From Nitrososphaerales archaeon (lineage in GTDB: Archaea; Thermoproteota; Nitrososphaeria; Nitrososphaerales; UBA213), in the NCBI GenBank assembly GCA_965197925.1, contig CBDAOC010000018.1:224001-288000 (forward strand): a stretch of 64,000 nt of DNA, read 5' to 3'. The position numbers and the translations under genes are program-made. Numbering within the stretch: position 1 is the stretch's first letter; the number at the start of each line of letters is the position of its first letter. Of the stretch, positions 1 to 12,257 are shown one piece after another. The notes under the pieces were generated by a model, which was not told the origin of the DNA, ran no database searches, and saw nothing but the letters and a program-made list of their open reading frames with translations.

Positions 1-329
1 GTCCATAACAATCCATTTTGATCCAAGTAATGGTTGGATGGCCATACAGTATAAGGCACATCTGATTGAAGAATTTTGATATTATTTCGAGGATCTATAA
101 TGGACGCTGACTCCTTACTAAAGGCATAGATGTAAAAATGGTTATCAATAATATCCACCCGTTCCCATTTTGGTGGGAAATCCGATGTGGTTGATGATAT
201 TTCCGGCTTTTCTTCAGGTCCAGTTTACACTTCCGGCGTCATAGAATTTAATCCAGAAAATCCAATAGCAATTCCAGCAATTACCCCTACAGCAACTCCA
301 ATACCCAGAAAAAGATATCTGGAAATCAT
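1..329 (-). pseudogene. Secreted or membrane-anchored protein with in-frame TAA, runs off window start
   Basis: Manual translation from ATG 329: MISRYLFLGIGVAVGVIAGIAIGFSG...PEV*TGPEEKPEIS...; TAA at 225-227, frame stays open to base 1. Confidence 0.55.
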
Positions 330-423
330 AAACAAATTTCATTTGCTGCTTATAGAATATAAATCATCTGTTAGCAAATTGACTTTTCAGATAAGGATAC
401 AATTGATGTGTAATACAAATATC

Positions 424-1303
424 GAAGTCATCCCAATACTCTCCAATACATCATAATCGACGAAATGATAACAAATGCCAGATAGTTTTGTGCATTCTTC
501 TCATATCTGATCCTGGTTCTGTGGAACCCATTCTTCAACCAGGCAAAGAATCTCTCCACAACATAGCGCGTCTTGCCGTATAGGTATTGTTCTGTATCAT
601 CATTTTGTTGTTGTGTCTTACTGTTTTTTCTGTAAGGTATGCAGTCAGAGATTTTTCTTTTGGTGAGGTATTTCCTGATGAATTCTGCATCATAGCCCTT
701 GTCTGCTTGGCACCGCGCAATTTTTCTGATAGATCTCTCATCCAGATATTGTGAGATGCCATCCATCACGTCTACAAATCTTGCAGAGTCATGCTGATTT
801 GCAGGACCCATCACTACTGAGACTGGCAGTCCGTTTTGTTCCACCGCAACGTGTATTTTTGTGCCTGAAATCCTGTTGAATCCGTTGTATCCTATGACGC
901 TTCCCCTTTTTTGGCCGGAACTGATGACGAATCGACCGTTTTTTGCAGCTGCATCTTGCCTGATCTGTGGGCTGATTTGACTGCAGCGGAGAGGATATTC
1001 TTCCATATTCCACGTCGCTGCCAGTTCTGCAGTCTGCGGTGCGCAGTTGATTTGGAGCCGTACCTTTGTGACATCCCAGTCCACCTGCATCCTGTTATCC
1101 CGACAAACAGGATTCCGTTGACTGTCTTTCTGTCGTCTGCCCTTGGCCTTCCGGTTCTGGCTGGCTTTGGGAGATGCGGTGATATCATCTTCCATTGTTC
1201 ACCTGTTATCTCCTGAAATTTCATGATCTGCTACGGGCAGCATTGCAAATAGATCCAAATGATCGTCAATTATTCACTAAATGATCAGTTTTGGGATCAG
1301 TTG
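424..1303 (-). mobile_element. IS5-family two-ORF element (lineage A, copy 1)
   Basis: ORF1 892-1224 (TGRP...TGCRW) and DDE ORF2 ending 428; AAAAAAG slippery site at overlap; imperfect TIRs caactgatcccaaaact / gaagtcatcccaatact; flanked by atc on both sides. Confidence 0.9.
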
Positions 1304-1424
1304 ATCATATCATAAACCAATCCTTGAAGAATATATTGAATAAGTTTTCCATATTAATCAATTTTTAAAGTTATTGCACATCCTTCATCATAGATCAGAA
1401 ATTTGGATAATCTAGAATAATTGT

Positions 1425-1983
1425 TTAAATCAAGATCACGACTTCACCATCAATCAGTTGTTCTTTGAATACTAAGGGTACCTTTTCAGGCAAAGGATTT
1501 TCCGTGGTTAAGGTCATGAAGGAACCGGGACCGCCTTCCTCTACTACAAACGTAAAGTCCAGATTGCTTCCAGCACCAATACCTGTGATGGTGACCTCTC
1601 CCTTCATAGTTGCTGTCTTACCATGTCTCTAGCTCCATTATTGTTCCTGTTACATACATAACATTGACAGAAAAGGTTCCGCTTAATGGCTTGAAACTTT
1701 CAGCTTTACGTGGCATAAGCGCTAAGCACTCGAAGAATCCATTAACATCTTCCCCATCTTTAGTAGCCTGAAATGAAATCATGGTTATAACAGGTGTCGG
1801 CAAATTGATATCCCCCTGTATCATTCCACCATCACCACCGACAATCATCGTTTGACCACCACCTTTAACAGTTATAGGGTCAATAACTATCTGCGAAGAT
1901 ACTGTCTGTGACAATCCAAACAAAACCAATACGAGGCTCAGGATTAATAATGAAGACATTCCATAAATTAGATATGATTTCAC
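1425..1983 (-). pseudogene. Frameshifted secreted protein (ORFs 1618-1983 and 1425-1607)
   Basis: Signal peptide; reading continues in another frame near 1625 (...IMELE / HGKTATMKGEVTITG). Confidence 0.55.
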
Positions 1984-2530
1984 TGAAAATTAAATATTCA
2001 ACGACTAATATTAGTTTTTTCTACTAGCAGCTACACCATACTATCCAAACAAAATAACAATAAATGATAGATAAAGGAAACTGAAGAAATCAAATCTATT
2101 TCAAAGTTATAGAAATAAGAAATAAGAAATCATAGTAATTATTTAAAAATGAACAATAATTTACTTACTATCAATAATGAAATTTATACTTAATTTCAAA
2201 TAGAACATAAGGAAATACTGCAGTAAGCCACGTTTCATGATGTCCAAGGAGCCAAGTATGCAGCTATGAGCTGGAGCAAATACCGAATTGGAAATTCAGA
2301 TATATATTGTATACATATCAAACGAAATATTACAGCGTAAACGTTCAAACGAATATTTGGTACTTCAACTATATTTTGTAATAAAACTTAGATTTTTCGG
2401 CGTCTTAATTATTAGTAAACACCTAAAAACAAATGTGATAAAGTTAATGAGGTTAAGAGAAAATTAACTTTCACAGTTTTAACAACAGAGGTGTCATAAT
2501 ATACAAATAAGACGGTTTCATTATTTCTTT

Positions 2531-4270
2531 GTGGCTTCATCTTATTATTACCTCGTTTTGGCATCATCATTTGTAATACTATTTGGACTCTCTCCTCTTG
2601 TTTTTGGGGGGAGTCCCATTGTTCAGATTCTTGATGTATAGGGAAAATCTGTTACAGAGACTATGAGTGTTGGTAGAGATTATGATATTTCCCGCTTTTT
2701 AACTGACATTGATAGGAATACAGAAACTGTCACATTTATACTACAGATTAAAGATGAAAGTGGAATAATAACGGAATTAAGCTGGAAGAATATCAAGATA
2801 CAAGGCCAAGGATTTATTCGACTTGATCTTCCTTGGTCTCCTGAAAAAAGTGGATCTTACTTTATTGAAACATTCGTGTGGGATAATCTTGAGACGCCTA
2901 AACCTTTAGAATCTTTTACCACATTCGAAGTTAATGCAGAACCAGAGCCAGAGCCAGAACCTAAGCCTGAAATAGATACAAAATCCAAGATTAAATGGCA
3001 AAAGGCATATGGTGGTCCCAATGGAGACATTGCTTATTCAGTAATGCCAACAGATGATGGAGGTTACATTGTAGCAGGTTCTACAACTTCGTTTGGCGCT
3101 GGTGATCTTGATGTTTATGTAATTAAATTAAATAGACTTGGTGATGTAACATGGTCATCCAGTTTTGGCGGGTCTGATTTCGACGTCGCAAATATTGTAA
3201 TTCAGACTTTTGATGGCGGTTATCTAACAGCTGGACGCACAAGGTCTTTCGGTGCAGGCAGTTCAGACTTTTATGTCCTGAAGCTAAATCCAGATGGTAC
3301 TCTTGATTGGAATAGAACGTACGGTCAACGTGGCTACGATAACGCGTTTGATATCGAACCTCTCAATGATGGTTACATTATTAGCGGTTACACTCATAGC
3401 AGGTTGGGACCAGGAGATGTCAATAATGTTGACTCGTTGATAATCAAGATAGACTTTGATGGAAACATCATTTGGTCAAAAGCCTATGGAGTTGGCGAAC
3501 CGGGTGTTGATTTTCCTGCCCTCACAGAGGACTTTTATTCAGTTAGAGTGACACCAGATAATGGCTATATTGTGGGCGGATGGTCATCATCAAACTCTGC
3601 TGGCGGTTATGACTTTTTTGCAATGAAACTAGATAAGGATGGCGATTTTCTATGGACCAAAACCTATGGTGGGCCGGATGACGATTACGGTAGATCACTT
3701 GAATTAACAGACGATGGCGGTTATATCATGACTGGTTGGACAGAATCTTTCGGTGCTGGCGTTTCTAATGCGCTAATTATTAAGCTTGATGCTGATGGCA
3801 ATGAACTTTGGTCTAGAACTATTGGTAGCACTGGTAGAGATACAGGTATGGAAGTGAAGCAATCCAGAGATGGAAACTTTATGGTGGCAGGAACATTTTC
3901 CGGAAGTGGTAGGGATGTTCTTGTTGCAAAACTTGATACAAGAGGCGATGTCCTATGGTCAAAAGGATTTGGCGGGACCGCCTTTGATATCGGATATTCG
4001 ATAAAACAAACTAATGACGAGGGATATGTGGTTGCAGGTTCTAAAATGGTTAGAGGGAGAATGAGTGATTTTTATGTGATAAAGTTAGATCGAGATGGTG
4101 ATTGTTGTCAAGACTGTACTATAACTCCCGACATTGGAATTCCTTCCCTAATAGTCAAATCTAGTATAACCCCACAAATAGATGTGTTACTGGATTCCAA
4201 GTCTGGTGCTAAGGTAGGTGCTTCGCCCACTGAATTCACAGAATTCTGTATCGATGTTGAATCGAACTAA
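2531..4270 (+). pseudogene. Secreted beta-propeller-like repeat protein; signal peptide cut off by in-frame TAG
   Basis: GTG 2531 MASSYYYLVLASSFVILFG..., TAG 2639-2641, then ORF 2663-4270 with (EP)n linker and repeated W.K.YGG...T.DGGY.VAG motifs. Confidence 0.65.
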
Positions 4271-4339
4271 CCAAGCAATATCATTAGATCTATGATATTT
4301 GCTGGAGGTGATAAGCTAATCTCAATATACTAATTAGTT

Positions 4340-5426
4340 GAGGCTTGGGCGTAATTTAGTTCGAAACAATAAGATCAGGTTCTAGTTTTTATTGTTGATA
4401 TGTTTAGCTCAGACTCTATACTTCTTCGTATATTATTTTTAATTGGTGTGATTCGGACAAAACCTAATAGGAAAAGAGGTAGACCATTCTACTATTCTCC
4501 TATAGTTATAGTAGATGCTTCATCGTTAGAGTATGGATAAGAATACCAAGCAACAATGCTTTGCATGAAACTTTTTGATAGACATGCCATACAACAGGAA
4601 GGTAATGAAGGCATGTGGTCTTGATAGGTTGCCAGACAGAAGAACATTCGACAGAAGGTCAAGGCCATATCAATTGACATAAGATCAAGGATAGATGTTA
4701 TGGGTATGCTCTTCATAAAAGATGGGTTGGTAGACCCAGCCATAGTATCCGTTGACAGTTCATTGTTGAAAGCAAAGGGACATGTATGGCATAGATCAAA
4801 CATGAAGAAGAATGAAGTGCCACGCTCCGGTATAGATACAGATGCTCGATGGGGCTACAGCAGAACCAAGGGATGGATATTCGGATACAAGATGCATCTA
4901 GCATGTAGCACAGGTTCGTTGATAGTTCCATTATCAGCTGATTTCTCAACAGCTAACATTACTGATAACAAGATGTATGAAAGCATAACATCTTCATTGC
5001 CTACAGGAATGGTAAGGTATGTTGTAGGAGATGAAGGATATGATGATCACAAGTTATGTGATTTCAACAGGTATAGAGGGCATCCAGTATTCCCATTGGA
5101 AAGGTACAAGCATACTACAGATAATAATAGACTGGCATTGCTGCAGTTCTATCAATCGGAATTTGGGCATGTATATTCTCGGAGGAGCATAAGCGTTGAA
5201 CCATTGATAGAGCAGATAAAGGATGTATTTGATATAGACCCACTACCTGTTAGAGGGTTCGATAAAGCTAGGAGCATCGTTCTGATTTCTATATTGCTAT
5301 ACCAGCTGATGGTATACTACAACTACTTGACAGGAAGACCATTAAGGGCATTGAAGCACATGTTGGGAAGTTAATCAATCAGAGGCATCAAGTTATTTTT
5401 GTTATATAGAATAATGCCCATGCCTC
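4340..5426 (+). mobile_element. DDE IS with GAGGC...GCCTC ends (lineage G, copy 1; frameshifted transposase)
   Basis: TIR gaggcttgggcgtaat / ataatgcccatgcctc; motifs VDSS, DTDARWG, GYKMH, GDEGYD; IS family not resolved. Confidence 0.9.
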
Positions 5427-5671
5427 AGTTACATTTACAATTGTTTTATCCAATTAATTATCACTAGGTTTACTCATATTTTTATCCCGGGACTTATCAC
5501 AGCTACCAAGATCCATCTCATTCCAAATATCTCAAGAATTAGTGAAAACAATAACTCAATCATCCTAAAAATGTTGATAAACTGTTTGAAGTAATGTGAC
5601 GTAAGAGGATCAAATAATTTATAACAATATAATTGATTCCAAGTACTTATTCGAAATTCCAAAAGCTTATC

Positions 5672-6547
5672 CAACTGATCCCAAAACTGATCATTTAGTG
5701 AATAATTGACGATCATTTGGATCTATTTGCAATGCTGCCTGTAGCAGATCATGAAATTTCAGGAGATAACAGGTGAACAATGGAAGATGATATCACCGCA
5801 TCTCCCAAAGCCAGCCAGAACCGGAAGGCCAAGGGCAGACGACAGACAGTCAACGGAATCCTGTTTGTCGGGATAACAGGATGCAGGTGGACTGGGATGT
5901 CACAAAGGTACGGCTCCAAATCAACTGCGCACCGCAGACTGCAGAACTGGCAGCGACGTGGAATATGGAAGAATATCCTCTCCGCTGCAGTCAAATCAGC
6001 CCACAGATCAGGCAAGATGCAGCTGCAAAAAACGGTCGATTCGTCATCAGTTCCGGCCAAAAAAGGGGAAGCGTCATAAGATACAACGGATTCAACAGGA
6101 TTTCAGGCACAAAAATACACGTTGCGGTGGAACAAAACGGACTGCCAGTCTCAGTAGTGATGGGTCCTGCAAATCAGCATGACTCTGCAAGATTTGTAGA
6201 CGTGATGGATGGCATCTCACAATATCTGGATGAGAGATCTATCAGAAAAATTGCGCGGTGCCAAGCAGACAAGGGCTATGATGCAGAATTCATCAGGAAA
6301 TACCTCACCAAAAGAAAAATCTCTGACTGCATACCTTACAGAAAAAACAGTAAGACACAACAACAAAATGATGATACAGAACAATACCTATACGGCAAGA
6401 CGCGCTATGTTGTGGAGAGATTCTTTGCCTGGTTGAAGAATGGGTTCCACAGAACCAGGATCAGATATGAGAAGAATGCACAAAACTATCTGGCATTTGT
6501 TATCATTTCGTCGATTATGATGTATTGGAGAGTATTGGGATGACTTC
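5672..6547 (+). mobile_element. IS5-family element (lineage A, copy 2; ORF1 frameshifted)
   Basis: Near-identical inverted copy of 424-1303 with a 4-nt deletion in ORF1. Confidence 0.9.
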
Positions 6548-7089
6548 TATGTATAAATAAGAAAGCATAATAATATAATCTCATTAGGGATTGAGCTGGT
6601 TATGATTTATGTACAAGAATACAAATATCACAAAGACAAGCTCAGCTTATGATCTTACACATATCTGAATATGTAGATAACTCTTGTTATACTTGATGGC
6701 GACAATAGTGATAATAAGCAGTTGGTTTTTTTCCAATCGGTCAGGGTAACATAAATAAGCAGATGTTTTATTAAGATGAACCAATAGGAAAGAATGTTGG
6801 TAGTTATAGAATAGGTTATGTATGGTTTTAAGAAGGAATCGATTTGTCATTATTTGTAATGAAGAATTCTAACAAATATTATTATGTGTGGTTAAGGAAT
6901 CGTGAATGATTGATTGAGTTCGATCCTTTGTTAAGGCTTGTAATTTTATTCACAATTATATCTATAGGAACTTTCATAATGTTCCCTACGTATAGAAGAC
7001 AAATTAGGAATTTCAGGGTCAATAAGGGTGCAAAAAGCTTGGGGCAGGCGAATATCAAGAAAGAAATTGAATAACTATTTTTGTTTATA

Positions 7090-7960
7090 CAACTCATCTC
7101 AAAACTAACCATTTAGACAATTTTTAGCAACCATTTAGATCCATGAATAGCGACATCTAAAATTATTTTATGAAATTCCAAGAATTATCAGACAAACAGT
7201 GGAGTATGATGGAATCACACATACCACCACATGCAAAAACTGGCAGGCCTAGGGATGATGATAGAAAAATCATTAACGGAATAATCCATGTTCTAACTAC
7301 TGGATGCCGATGGGACGATATGCCAAAAAGATATGGTGATGATTCTACTGCAAACAGAAGGTTAAACAAATGGCAACAAAAAGGAATCTGGAAAAAGATT
7401 CTATCACGTACTATTCACTCAGCACATAAATCTGGCAAAATTAATCTACAAATATCAGTTGACTCTTCATCCATTCCTGATAAAAAAGGGGCAATGTAAC
7501 TGGATATAATGGATTCAAGAGAATAACAGGTACAAAAATACATGCCGCAGTAGAGAGTAACGGATTTCCAATATCCATACTGTTGAGTCCAGCAAATGAA
7601 CATGACAGTACAAAATGCATGGATGTTACAGGATCAATTTCAGACTATCTTGATGATGATTCAATACAACAGATAGAACCAGTTTATGCAGACAAAATGA
7701 TGCAAAATACATCAGAATGTATTTGTGGGATAGAAATATTGCATGTTGCATCCCATACAAAATAAATTCCAAGTTCATCTTGCAAAATAATGATTGCAAA
7801 CATTACAGCAAGACAAGATTTGTAGTTGAGAGATTCCTTGCATGGCTCAAGAATGGATTTCACAGAACAAGAACCAGGTATGAAAGAACGGCAGAAAACT
7901 ACCTGGCATTTGTTAATCTTGCATCATTTTTGATGTATTGTAGGGTTTTGAGATGAGTTG
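7090..7960 (+). mobile_element. IS5-family element (lineage B, copy 1; defective ORF2)
   Basis: TIR caactcatctcaaaac / gttttgagatgagttg; ORF1 7170-7499; ORF2 frameshifted at the ADKGYD motif. Confidence 0.9.
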
Positions 7961-8302
7961 ATTATAATAATAAATTCTTGCTGCGAAGCTGATTCTAGGG
8001 ACAATCGTAACCCTTCTGTTAGCCGTAATAATGATTACTATATTCACACCTATTTTTCTTAAATATTGCACAATGAATGTCCTTAGACATTTCCTTATCA
8101 AACATAAAATCATCGTTTTGTTATTGATAGCATGGGAACCAAAGACCAACGGGGTAGAGTAAGACGTTTTTGCAGCAATGATCGATTTAGATGATTGCTT
8201 TAATACTAAGATTTAACAAAAACAGCGATTTCAAGATTATGTCACTGAAAAATTGTTAATAATATTTTTTTAAATCGACAGCCCTACAATGAATCAGGAA
8301 TA

Positions 8303-8617
8303 TTAAGGGTCCATACTCCTTGTTGCTGATGAGTAAAGATAGAGAAGTTCAAAAGCAGTGTATTGAATAAGGTTAAGAAAGTCCTCTTTATTAGATGCAT
8401 ATTTCTTATTCAAACGTAAGAGTTCATTTCCAAATTCCGGTAGGATAAGACCACTCTTCAAATTGGATTGTACGTATTCTTCTATTTCACTCGCACTTCC
8501 TTTCCTGGTAATATCACGCAACTTTCTTAAGTGTACTACCGGAACTTCAAGCTCCATAGCTATTTTTGCAAGGTCACTTGCATCAAACTTTACCTGAACC
8601 CCAGCAGACACCAGCAT
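8303..8617 (-). CDS. Hypothetical protein, probably the 3' remnant of a longer gene
   Basis: 104-aa ORF; upstream frame interrupted by stops. Confidence 0.35.
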   Translation of the reverse strand: MLVSAGVQVKFDASDLAKIAMELEVPVVHLRKLRDITRKGSASEIEEYVQSNLKSGLILPEFGNELLRLNKKYASNKEDFLNLIQYTAFELLYLYSSATRSMDP

Positions 8618-9283
8618 ACACCCTTATTTCTATTCCTGATCGAACATAATAAAAGCATAACTCTCTCCACCGAGTCATATTAAGGGAAACATATTCTCAC
8701 TAAGATCGTCGCATCTAATTAGATGACCGCACGAATACTCTATCTGTTCTCGTCAGGCTTTTTTGAATCTTATTCCCTCTAATATGACAAGGTTTACTGC
8801 AAGAATTTAGTCCTTTTACAGAGACTTGAAAGATTTCAATTCTTGAATACCACGAGGTAATAAGCCAGATATCGGGAAAGAACTCAGAACTCCGAGATTC
8901 TAATCAAAATTATTACTAATTATGCTAAATGAAAATTAGACTACCACCTAATTTTGATCGAGCATTATGAAATAAACATTACAAACTTCCAGTCTTCTTG
9001 TAGTTTAGAATTTTCAAACTAGGTAGAGTTGGGGATTGTATGAAGTGTTCTACTGCTAATCATGAAATGCGATACAGATGAATAGAGTTTAAGTCAATTT
9101 ACTTTTTACACACTTCTTGGCCTGCTTTATACAATATTGTAAAGAAATCTTGGAGGATTAAGCGTGTGATCACAACCAACTCCCAATTGAATATGCTATT
9201 CTATCCTGGGAACTATAACGCCTATCTCGAATTCAAGCTCCATAATGAGACCATTTATCTCTTTAGCACCATCTTGTTGATTA

Positions 9284-9691
9284 CTACTCCAAAGTGAAGG
9301 GAAAATTTTTATGGAGTATGTCATATTTTTTATCAGACAAGCTTTGTAATTTTTGTAGGGCAGACTTGTATTTCGTAACAGCTATAAGGTAATTCTCCTT
9401 TGCTTCAGAGTAGTTGGTTATTCCTAATTTGCACGTCTTGAAAGCCTCGTCGTAACTTGCTCGATATAATGAAAGCTGGGAGCTCACTATATATTCACTA
9501 GCTCTGTTAAGATGATTTACGGCTAGCAACAAGTGATCATCAGCTGAATTGATCTCTGTATTGATCTCTAACTCTTCTTGTAGATCCTGGTTTTCTATGT
9601 AAATTTTCGTAAGATTAAAGATAACCATAGACAAACCAATCAATATTATAAAGAAAAGGAAGTATCTAGCAGGGTATTTCACAACAAACAA
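9284..9691 (-). CDS. Hypothetical membrane-anchored helical protein
   Basis: N-terminal hydrophobic segment followed by helical region. Confidence 0.45.
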   Translation of the reverse strand: MFVVKYPARYFLFFIILIGLSMVIFNLTKIYIENQDLQEELEINTEINSADDHLLLAVNHLNRASEYIVSSQLSLYRASYDEAFKTCKLGITNYSEAKENYLIAVTKYKSALQKLQSLSDKKYDILHKNFPFTLE

Positions 9692-9903
9692 ATTGATTTT
9701 TTCACAATTTAAGTACTGCTGTCCTAGCTACCGGTTTTATTCCTATGCCTAGTATTGGTGATCTACTAGACAAATCCGAGGTTAACAGGTAACTCGGGCC
9801 ACATATAACATTAAGCTAGTAATATTATCAAATTGTTTGTCAATAATACATCTCGCTAATCGGTACTATCTTTCTTAATATTAATCCGAATACAATAACC
9901 AGA

Positions 9904-10371
9904 CTAAGGGCTTTTATTTTCCTTTAGATATTTCTCATATTTCTTGAGCGCCATCTCTTGTGACGTATCCTCCAAAGACCCTGGCCTCATTTCTTCAATC
10001 TTGTGAATCGCGCTATCCGTATCTAGGCCATTTATCTTGATCATATATGCTATTAGTATAGTTCCAGTTCTACCTTTACCAGCACGACAGTGTACCATAA
10101 TGGATTTTTTATCTTTCAAACAAGTATCTACAAAGTTCACAGCCTCATCTATTTCATTGATTCCAGGTGCACTCTTATCTATTATCGGAATATGGCTGTA
10201 ATCAATGCCAGCAATCCATGATTGTGACAATGGCTCTTTTATCAATGTAAGTACAGCCTTGATACCTTTTTCTTTTATCCAAAATATCTCTTCTTCAGAG
10301 TTAGGAACACCACTTCCCGCAAGCAAACCGTCTATAACCCAAGAAAAATTCGTTGGTCCTTCAATTGCCAT
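9904..10371 (-). CDS. Dual-specificity protein phosphatase
   Basis: HCRAGKGRTG (CX5R) motif; PTNFSWV N-terminus; RPGS motif. Confidence 0.9.
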   Translation of the reverse strand: MAIEGPTNFSWVIDGLLAGSGVPNSEEEIFWIKEKGIKAVLTLIKEPLSQSWIAGIDYSHIPIIDKSAPGINEIDEAVNFVDTCLKDKKSIMVHCRAGKGRTGTILIAYMIKINGLDTDSAIHKIEEMRPGSLEDTSQEMALKKYEKYLKENKSP

Positions 10372-10669
10372 CTGTTCCTCTCCCCCAATACATCTTCATC
10401 TTGTTCTATCTCCTAATTCATTCTAACTTCTGCATTTTGATTTAAACTTAGCTGTATAATATTCGATCTTCACACATTTCTTAGCCATTTCACTAAAACA
10501 GCTCCCTTTGATTTTGCTTATTAGCAGTCACTAGACCTACTAGACTTTTATATTCAAGACTTTCCGACATCTCAAAGACCAACTTCATTTGGTGAATAAT
10601 TGTTTATCATGAAGTGTAAGGAAGATTATGGGACAACTAATACGAATTAATTTGCTATAATAGTAACAT

Positions 10670-10855
10670 ATGAAAAGTGTTGACATTGAAAGGTCAGATG
10701 CCAAAAGTTAAGCCCTAATTTGTATGGTTAAGGATTGTGATAAACCCGTTGCAAGGTCAACTTTTGTATCAGGAGCAGAGCGCTCTAAGCTTTATTTTTT
10801 CTGCACAGATCATTGGAAGCTCTGGTTAGACTATTATAACAAGACTAACGATTAA
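10670..10855 (+). pseudogene. Small Cys/His (zinc-finger-like) protein with in-frame TAA
   Basis: MKSVDIERSDAKS*ALICMVKDCDKP...YFFCTDHW. Confidence 0.4.
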
Positions 10856-11163
10856 GGAAACGAGATTTTTCCACTAGCAACTGGATTTAGTCTATGAAAC
10901 TAAGTATAATAAATCGTTATTTTCATCAGTTCAGATTACGGTATTTAAATTATTATTAGAAGATAAAGCAGTTTTTCCTTGTCCTTGATCTATATAAAAA
11001 ATTCGGCTTGTCCGTTGCTTATTTCATATCTCATATCTCATATTTCGTAGATACTGCATCTAACCATTTAGATTTTTTAATTCACTATGCCTTGACGAAT
11101 TGCTGCAAATGAGCACTTGTGATGCTCTTTAGTTCGATTCATCATCTGGTTTATCAATTACTT

Positions 11164-12255
11164 GAGGCTTGGGCGTAATTTAGTTCGAAACGATAAGATC
11201 AGGTTTCAATTTTCATTGGTAATGTGTTTAGCTCAGACTCCATTACTTCTTCGTATATTATTTTTGATTGGTGTGATTTGGACAAAACCTAATAGGAAAA
11301 GGGGTTAGACCATTTTATTATTCTCCTACAGTTATGGTGAGATGCTTCATCGTTAGAGTATGGATAAGAATACCAAGCAACAATGCTTTGCATGAATACT
11401 ATTCGATAGACATGCCATACAACAGGAAGGTAATGAAGGCATGTGGTCTTAATAGATTGCCAGACAGAAGAACATTCGACAGAAGGTTCAAGGCCATGTC
11501 AATTGACATAAGATCAAGGATAGATGTTATGGGTATGCTCTTCATAAAAGATGGGTTGGTAGACCCAGCCATAGTATCCGTTGACAGTTCATTGTTGAAA
11601 GCAAAGGGACATGTATGGCATAGATCAAACATGAAGAAGAATGAAGTGCCACGCTCGGGTATAGATACAGATGCTCGATGGGGATTCAGCAGAACCAAGG
11701 GACGGGTATTCGGATACAAGATGCATCTAGCATGTAGTACTGGTTCGTTGATAGTTCCATTGTCAGCTGATTTCACAACAGCTAACATTACTGATAACAA
11801 GATGTATGAAAGCATAACATCTTCATTGCCTACAGGAATGGTAAGGTATGTTGTAGGAGATGAAGGATATGATGATCACAAGTTATGTGATTTCAGCAGG
11901 TATAGAGGGCATCCAGTATTCCCATTGGAAAGGTACAAGCATACTACAGATAATAGACTGGCATTGCTGCAGTTCTATAACTCTGAATTTGGACAGCATG
12001 TATATTCTCGGAGGAGCATAAGCGTTGAGCCATTGATAGAGCATATGAAGGATGTATTTACCATAGATCCATTGCCAGTTAGAGGATTTGATAAAGCTAG
12101 GAGCATCGTTCTGATTTCTATATTGCTATACCAGCTGATGGTATACTATAACTACTTGACAGGAAGACCATTAAGGGCATTGAAGCACATGTTGGGAAGT
12201 TAATCAATCAGAGGCATCAAGTTATTTTTGTTATATGGAATAATGCCCATGCCTC
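11164..12255 (+). mobile_element. Lineage G IS copy 2 with 8-bp TSD
   Basis: Transposase ORF 11334-12203 (5' end frameshifted); aattactt at 11156-11163 and 12256-12263. Confidence 0.93.
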
Positions 12256-12257
12256 AA

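Noticed and set aside
2620..2660. BHB intron or pyrrolysine readthrough at TAG 2639
   Set aside because: A cagatt/aatctg hairpin exists but lacks proper BHB geometry; the surrounding residues look like normal domain sequence and no pyl genes are in the window
424..6547. Composite transposon from inverted lineage A copies
   Set aside because: Copy 1 has its own atc duplication and outer flanks differ; inversion by recombination remains possible but is unsupported
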